The position numbers were made by a program, and so were the translations under genes. The notes under the pieces were generated by a model that was given only the letters and a program-made list of their open reading frames with translations, ran no database searches and was not told the DNA's origin. Shown here in pieces: positions 60,701-64,000 of a stretch of DNA of 64,000 nt. Every line of letters begins with the position of its first letter. The first letter of the stretch is position 1. This DNA is from Minisyncoccota bacterium (lineage in GTDB: Bacteria; Patescibacteriota; Minisyncoccia; Phycocordibacterales; Phycocordibacteraceae): the NCBI GenBank assembly GCA_041660025.1, contig JBAZXD010000002.1:4635-68634 (forward strand), read 5' to 3'.

Positions 60701-63700
60701 TCGGCATCGGGACGACCTCGCCCTCCGCCAAGCTCTCCATTCAAAACTCAGCTACCAGCTCCCCTATAATTTCTTTGAGCGATCCGCTCGGAGGAATATC
60801 ACTGGAATTGCGTGCCGGGACCTCCACTCTTAACAATACTTTCGTTGGCGTTGGAGTCGGGCAGGCCGACACAACTGGTTATTACAATACAGCGAGCGGC
60901 TACCAGGCCCTCTATTCAAATGCTACTGGTTTCTACAATACCGCTAATGGCATGCAAGCCCTTTACTCAAACACTGGCAACAGCAATACCGCCAATGGCA
61001 TGAAGGCTCTTTATTCAAACACCGGCAGCAACAATACCGCTAGTGGTGTGAACGCTCTATACTCCAACACTACTGGAGGGGGCAATACCGCTAATGGAGT
61101 GAGTGCTCTCTACTCCAACACCACCGGAGCTAACAATACTGCCATCGGTCAGTTTGCCCTTTCCTCCAATATTTCTGCTACCACCACCACAGCAATTGGC
61201 GTCAGCGCCGCTCAAGGTCCGAGCAATTACTACAATCAAGGTGGGGTGTATGTCGGCTACAGGTCAGGCTTTAGTGCGGCCACTGACTCCGACTACAACA
61301 CCCTCGTCGGCTACCAATCAGGCTACGGCATCACTACCGGCTCTAACAATATCTGGATTGGTACCGCCACCTCCTCCACCGCCATCGCCAACCTCACCAC
61401 CGGCAGTCAGAACATCCTCATCGGCAATAATATCTCGCTCCCTTCAGCCACTGCCTCGGGTCAGCTCAACATCGGCAACATCATCTTCGGTACCGGCATT
61501 ACCGGCACCGGTTCAACCGTATCAACTGGCAACATCGGCATCGGGACGACGAGTCCGTGGGGGCAGTTGAGCGTGAACCCGAACGGCATCACGGGCCCGG
61601 CGTTTGTCGTCGGATCCAGCACTGCCACGAATTTCATCGTGACGAACGGCGGGAACGTCGGCATCGGGACGACGAGTCCAACCAATTTACTTTCTTTGAG
61701 CGGCACGGGTAGTGTTTTGAGCCTCGATCGCTCAACGGGTACGAATCAACTCATTGTGAGCTATAAATTGGGAAGTACAGAATATTCGCGCATCGGTCTC
61801 GCCGGTACGACAAATAGTCTCATCACTGGGAGCGTTGCGGGAGATTTGGGACTCATGACCCTATCGCGAAAAATCATGTTTAGCACCGACTCCGGCTCTA
61901 CCGCGCACATGATTATTGACACCTCTGGCAACGTCGGCATCGGTGAGACCTCTCCCGCTTCATACGCGAAACTCACAGTAAGTCTTACGTCTGGGGCTGG
62001 CTTCACCTTACGTGGAACAACGAACTCATCGCAATTTGATATAGCCGCAGTCGGTAGTGCTGGGACATTTCTGGGACCAACTGGTGTCGGCGACACTGTA
62101 ATCCGCGAATTAACGAACAACCTGGTAATCGGCACCTACGCTGCAAAAGCTCTTATATTTGCTACGGGGAATGCAGATCGCGGGCGGATACTTAGTAATG
62201 GTGACTGGATAATGGGAGGGACTACCGTCGGCGACGGGACAAACGATGTGTGGACGTATGATAATTCAAACGACTATATAAAGAGCAGCCGCTCGCCGAC
62301 CACGCTCGCCAATCATGCGGTTTTCTACAACGGGAACGGAGCTATTGGGAGCATACAAACGAACGGTTCCGCCACAGCCTTCAACACCTCTTCAGACCGC
62401 CGCATCAAGGAGAACATTGCGACGACGACGCTCGGACTCTCGACACTGATGCAGATTTCCGTTGACGACTTCAACTTCGTCAAGGATCCGAATACGCGCG
62501 TGCAGGGTTTCATCGCGCAGGATCTGTACAACATCTATCCGGAAGCGGTCTCAATCAACGGCGACGACGGTACTGTCCCACTCGACCCATCATCCATCCC
62601 CTGGCAAGTGGACTATGGCCGCATTACCCCGCTCATCGTCAAATCCGTGCAGGACTTGAATGCGAATTTCGAGTCCCGCACCTCCTTCATCCAAAGCGCC
62701 GCAACATCCACCGTTCTGACGGTGGATGTTGCGGGGAATGTCGGCATCGGTACAAGTACGTCGAATCATACGTTGACGGTCGCCGGCGACATCGGCGCCA
62801 CCGGCTTCATCAACACCTCCACCCGAAGTGCCAAGACCGACATCTCATACGTCTCCGCCAGCACCACCGACGATATGCTGAACCAGCTCACCAACCTCAA
62901 AGTCGCCACCTATCGCTATACCATCGAGAATCAGGACGACCCGCTCCGCCTCGGCTTCATCGCAGAGGACGCACAAACCATCGCCCCCGAAATCCTCTCG
63001 CCCGACGGGAAGGGAGTTGACCTCTACAAGCTCGCCACCTTCAACCTCGCCGCTACCCAGGCGCTCGCCGCCAAGTTCGACCAGATGGACACCCGTGTTA
63101 CCTCGCTCGAAGATCGCATCTCTGCTCTCGAGAGCGGGGCAGTCAGTAGCGCGAGCGGCTCGCCGCTCGCGCTCTCCTCCTCGACGCTCGCGAGTGCGTT
63201 CGAGGGTCTCGGCGTTCTCATCAAGAACGGCATCGCCCAATTCAATACTTTGGTATTCCGCCAGCTCGTCGCGAGCAAGGACGCCGACGGCACGAGTAGT
63301 GCCGGTAGCGTGACGATACTTGTTGGCAACACCGTCGCTCAGGTCAATAATTCTCTCGTTCTCCCTTCGACCAAGGTCTTCGTCACCTTCAATTCGCAAA
63401 TCACCGGTAGCTGGTGGGTCTCGGACAAGCTCGCAGGCTCCTTCCGCGTCGTGCTCTCCGAGGCGCAGACAAGCGACGTCTCCTTCGACTACTTCCTCGT
63501 CCAGACTGAGGGCCAAATCGCGACGAGCACGCCGAGCGTATCAGGCACCATCTCTCAATCGGGCGGCACCGACGTCACACCGCCCGTCATCACCCTGCTT
63601 GGCGATAACCCGATGCACCTCTCCGTCGGCGGCACCTTCGTCGAGCCGGGCATCACCATCACCGATGACGTCGATGGCGCCATTAGCGTATACGTCGCTT

Positions 63701-64000
63701 ACGTCAACGGCGTCGAACAGCCGGACGTCGCTTCCGTTATCGACACCTCGAGCCAGACGACCTACATCATCACCTACAAGGCGACCGACCAGCGAGGCAA
63801 TTTCTCCACCGTGACTCGCTCGGTCATCGTTGGTTCGACTTCGTCCACCGCTTCCTCTGATACCACCGCGCCCGTCGTGACACTCGTCGGGGAAGCGGCG
63901 ACACAACTCACGGTCGGCGACACTTTCACCGACCTGGGCGCGACCGCCCTTGACGACGTCGATGGTGACCTGACCGCAAGCATCGTTGTTTCCGGTGCGG
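54784..64000 (+). CDS. Giant fibre/adhesin-like protein 2 (>3,070 aa, runs off window; absent from ORF track)
   Basis: Frame 1 from MDPSFNENK. Spot-checked in frame through to the window end: HTH (ISIREATNRSGYSTGYLSNLCRTGKI), TM, ~18 GNVGIG repeats, YadA-head-like repeats, SDRRIKENI at 62392, STRSAKTDI at 62818, DUF5011-like PVITLLGDNP and PVVTLVG. Confidence 0.88.
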   Translation, partial: MDPSFNENKQKNISIREATNRSGYSTGYLSNLCRTGKIVGKYSHNEWSVDIASLESFIKGQAERKEARARELARAREMEYRAHRVPKTPSGANLQPSTFNFQKKPPAMPLSEIIRGSLRSQAIAIATALLVVGGSALAAQASAIPQFAGKTAMLVREAALGFDDLFGDIPARIVSRIDAAENDVRRISSRIVAANAITTARIASPFLAEPDLSSLQMAPLETRTKNVLADLQSTSLTGQALDVPMITADDVQMFVLDVYGVVASPSRAARALVNAYVALGEDAYDAIAAAFSAYDSLIEKSGTRALALAATTRDTLAAAPQLVAQMNLALGGAVIKAAHTAVEADVAAAYTLATAAPASARATVALVGGAGATLADATAELPRLASALFLRATSAPAQLAPALAQAVFDAEYTAATRFVAFTRAVSDASLASITNAGELTYTITKGTQDTLRTTGTLLATAPATVHNAYLGTLGTGALALAAVQPTLTTTEQIALTTYETIHDFFSSAGRALADLLTPAPIIVLVNNTPKTPAPVATSTPVIPPSPSRSSQPSIVNSTSYPTYTTIVRGVSEDFVNQSLTSLRTELLARVSSLIQPVASQVATNVTTIQQVNMIQDLSDLIVRNGDFRGGTFDSGTLSNGLSVTATNGTFTTLTAGATTLGATSLATTTVTGDLTLSGILTANTKAVAPYFVATDTAATSTFAGMLAIGTTTPYGAGLLTVGTSSPLLYIDSTTGNLGIGTSSPASALSVAGNFLLTGTTTVTGTDSGITFTGTGNHDITASAGTLRIGSNTIIGNIQALDSTVDIGTPAVRFDKIYANEVNASTIVGTLTGGNLTAETFSINSDNVSSDQENSYLSFHRGTVSPNALLTWNAATSSKRFEFNQPLFVLDASASTTNTTLSIQSVAGQTGDVFRISSSSSATNFFTVTGAGNVGIGTNSPTANFQVTSNNSNTNSTTGVGVLLKDAMSTTNKIIRFQGNSGSYDHIIYTPGSSSNLRIGITNGTNTYDTVTLTNGNLVGIGNSAPLSRLGVTGNLSVGATYGIIAAPTSGMIVEGNVGIGTTSPSQALSVQGNGLFSGNLAAANITATGTITSTYIGGNAFIAPGSTGSSPQYSFAGSSGNGLGMDSSGNTILQHSFGSAGTGVIIKTGTGSAAEVARFVAGGNVGIGTTTPGATLQVYGSGLFGAGATLLSGDVVTIKGQTRVQGSMIFDTSPSSVSASITPNLAGYTTFNSSSWPIVLQSTGGNVGIGTTSPGWQLEVAGVGSKAGNPWDATGGVAAITDTSAYGLGEGGQLLFQGKYTSAGALAMFGGIRAFKANATDGSAVGNLDLWSRAGAIRFYSTSVPQNGQDGTPDVTISSTGNVGIGTTSPGQLLTVGNNNQFTVDSSGNVVATGSISGTTIYASSAVIGTNSGVLYLGGSSATVLVAAGVFGPITDVSQDLGFYNRQWRNTYIGGNVRVGATYAALNIAGPTSGMIIEGNVGIGTTTPWGQLSVNPNGITGPAFVVGSSTATNFIVTNGGNVGIGTASPLAQLSVGSGSLADAVVPVQINAASGGQAWYGVNKAGGYGMLTGFYDVASGNFSRGGVIRMVTSDPLTIAVNNTVSAMTFLSDGNVGIGTTTPGSRLHVYNGQGGGSVSVSSYDTLSVENNNINYINMISPTANRSGIIFSNSLRGIGGITYTGGDTTAGYGGTNSLNFSTNGSTQSMVINSTGNVGIGTTTPSYKLEVNNDSAATIARLFRNQTGANADVEFGNKSNTWIHRVTGDGTYDYTLVNSGNGVRVLTALYNGNVGIGTTTPWGQLSVNPNGITGPAFVVGSSTATNFIVTNGGNVGIGTVSPQAKFDVAGNVLLGSGQTNPWVYFGGLTSAFPAFKREGANIEVKLANDGNYANLYANAFYPGGSGVIDSGSTGVVNIKNTTATNAATFRVYNTFTDTSNYERGVFDWSTTANVLSIGTQAAGTGTLRNINLIGGNVGIGTTSPSAKLSIQNSATSSPIISLSDPLGGISLELRAGTSTLNNTFVGVGVGQADTTGYYNTASGYQALYSNATGFYNTANGMQALYSNTGNSNTANGMKALYSNTGSNNTASGVNALYSNTTGGGNTANGVSALYSNTTGANNTAIGQFALSSNISATTTTAIGVSAAQGPSNYYNQGGVYVGYRSGFSAATDSDYNTLVGYQSGYGITTGSNNIWIGTATSSTAIANLTTGSQNILIGNNISLPSATASGQLNIGNIIFGTGITGTGSTVSTGNIGIGTTSPWGQLSVNPNGITGPAFVVGSSTATNFIVTNGGNVGIGTTSPTNLLSLSGTGSVLSLDRSTGTNQLIVSYKLGSTEYSRIGLAGTTNSLITGSVAGDLGLMTLSRKIMFSTDSGSTAHMIIDTSGNVGIGETSPASYAKLTVSLTSGAGFTLRGTTNSSQFDIAAVGSAGTFLGPTGVGDTVIRELTNNLVIGTYAAKALIFATGNADRGRILSNGDWIMGGTTVGDGTNDVWTYDNSNDYIKSSRSPTTLANHAVFYNGNGAIGSIQTNGSATAFNTSSDRRIKENIATTTLGLSTLMQISVDDFNFVKDPNTRVQGFIAQDLYNIYPEAVSINGDDGTVPLDPSSIPWQVDYGRITPLIVKSVQDLNANFESRTSFIQSAATSTVLTVDVAGNVGIGTSTSNHTLTVAGDIGATGFINTSTRSAKTDISYVSASTTDDMLNQLTNLKVATYRYTIENQDDPLRLGFIAEDAQTIAPEILSPDGKGVDLYKLATFNLAATQALAAKFDQMDTRVTSLEDRISALESGAVSSASGSPLALSSSTLASAFEGLGVLIKNGIAQFNTLVFRQLVASKDADGTSSAGSVTILVGNTVAQVNNSLVLPSTKVFVTFNSQITGSWWVSDKLAGSFRVVLSEAQTSDVSFDYFLVQTEGQIATSTPSVSGTISQSGGTDVTPPVITLLGDNPMHLSVGGTFVEPGITITDDVDGAISVYVAYVNGVEQPDVASVIDTSSQTTYIITYKATDQRGNFSTVTRSVIVGSTSSTASSDTTAPVVTLVGEAATQLTVGDTFTDLGATALDDVDGDLTASIVVSGA
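55435..55498. repeat. Intragenic palindromic element
   Basis: Arms GCCCCATTAGAGAC and GTCTCTAACGGGAC are complementary at 12 of 14 positions and enclose two small hairpins. Confidence 0.6.

Larger units (their letters stand above)
49341..61671 (+). repeat. ~140-bp module repeated five times (VGIGTT.PWGQLSVNPNGITGPAFVVGSSTATNFIVTNGGNVGIGT)
   Basis: Copies start near 49341, 51519, 59218, 60145 and 61528, with an essentially identical peptide and synonymous differences. Confidence 0.9.

Noticed and set aside
49341-61946. CRISPR array suggested by a recurring 20-mer with unique intervening sequence
   Set aside because: The intervals are hundreds of bp, irregular and in frame within one ORF, and no cas genes are present.
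47319-63146. Diversity-generating retroelement TR/VR pair
   Set aside because: No reverse transcriptase is present, and the differences between copies are mostly synonymous rather than adenine-specific.
54899-63983. Many short ORFs listed in the track across this region
   Set aside because: They are antisense or off-frame shadows of the single frame-1 ORF starting at 54784, which the track omits because it has no stop inside the window.
46329-64000. Prophage suggested by tail-fibre/S74 and excisionase-like domains
   Set aside because: There are no capsid, terminase, portal, integrase or lysis genes. The proteins are membrane-anchored and sit beside housekeeping genes.
1-64000. tRNA/rRNA genes and alternative genetic code 25
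   Set aside because: No cloverleaf or rRNA-like segment was recognised in the intergenic gaps. TGA ends several clear genes (e.g. 5535, 14545, 35230), which is consistent with code 11.

Overview
A bacterial chromosomal segment using genetic code 11. Gene style and content point to a Patescibacteria/CPR (Parcubacteria-like) organism, which is an inference. Left to right: (1) partial murC, a small orphan gene, rsmI, a GIY-YIG gene bracketed by perfect 12-bp inverted repeats, a VirD4/TraD-like ATPase and a PKD/lamin-tail surface protein. (2) A ~26 kb surface-glycan locus (5.6-31.9 kb) with GT4/GT2/GT9 enzymes, SDR epimerases, RmlA-like, WecB, Wzx, six SAM methyltransferases and a NeuB-NeuC-NeuA nonulosonic-acid module; it is visibly more AT-rich from ~13.8 kb. 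(3) O-antigen ligase-TPR, a divergent murB, an unlisted 26-aa histone-like peptide, a secreted lipase with a 4-TM partner, secA, obgE and gatB. (4) Three tandem genes that all begin with excisionase-type HTH domains. Two of them are giant (2,732 aa, and >3,070 aa for one missing from the ORF track) membrane-anchored fibre proteins. They are built of variable cassettes joined by a DNA-invariant GGCAACGTCGGCATCGGGAC motif and end in tandem S74 autocleaving chaperones. The main candidate novelties are this HTH-TM-shuffled-fibre system, the GIY-YIG mini-element with a related in-frame palindrome, and a three-copy structured 3'-UTR repeat. No rRNA, tRNA, CRISPR array, recombinase or reverse transcriptase was seen. 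All coordinates and counts were read by eye.
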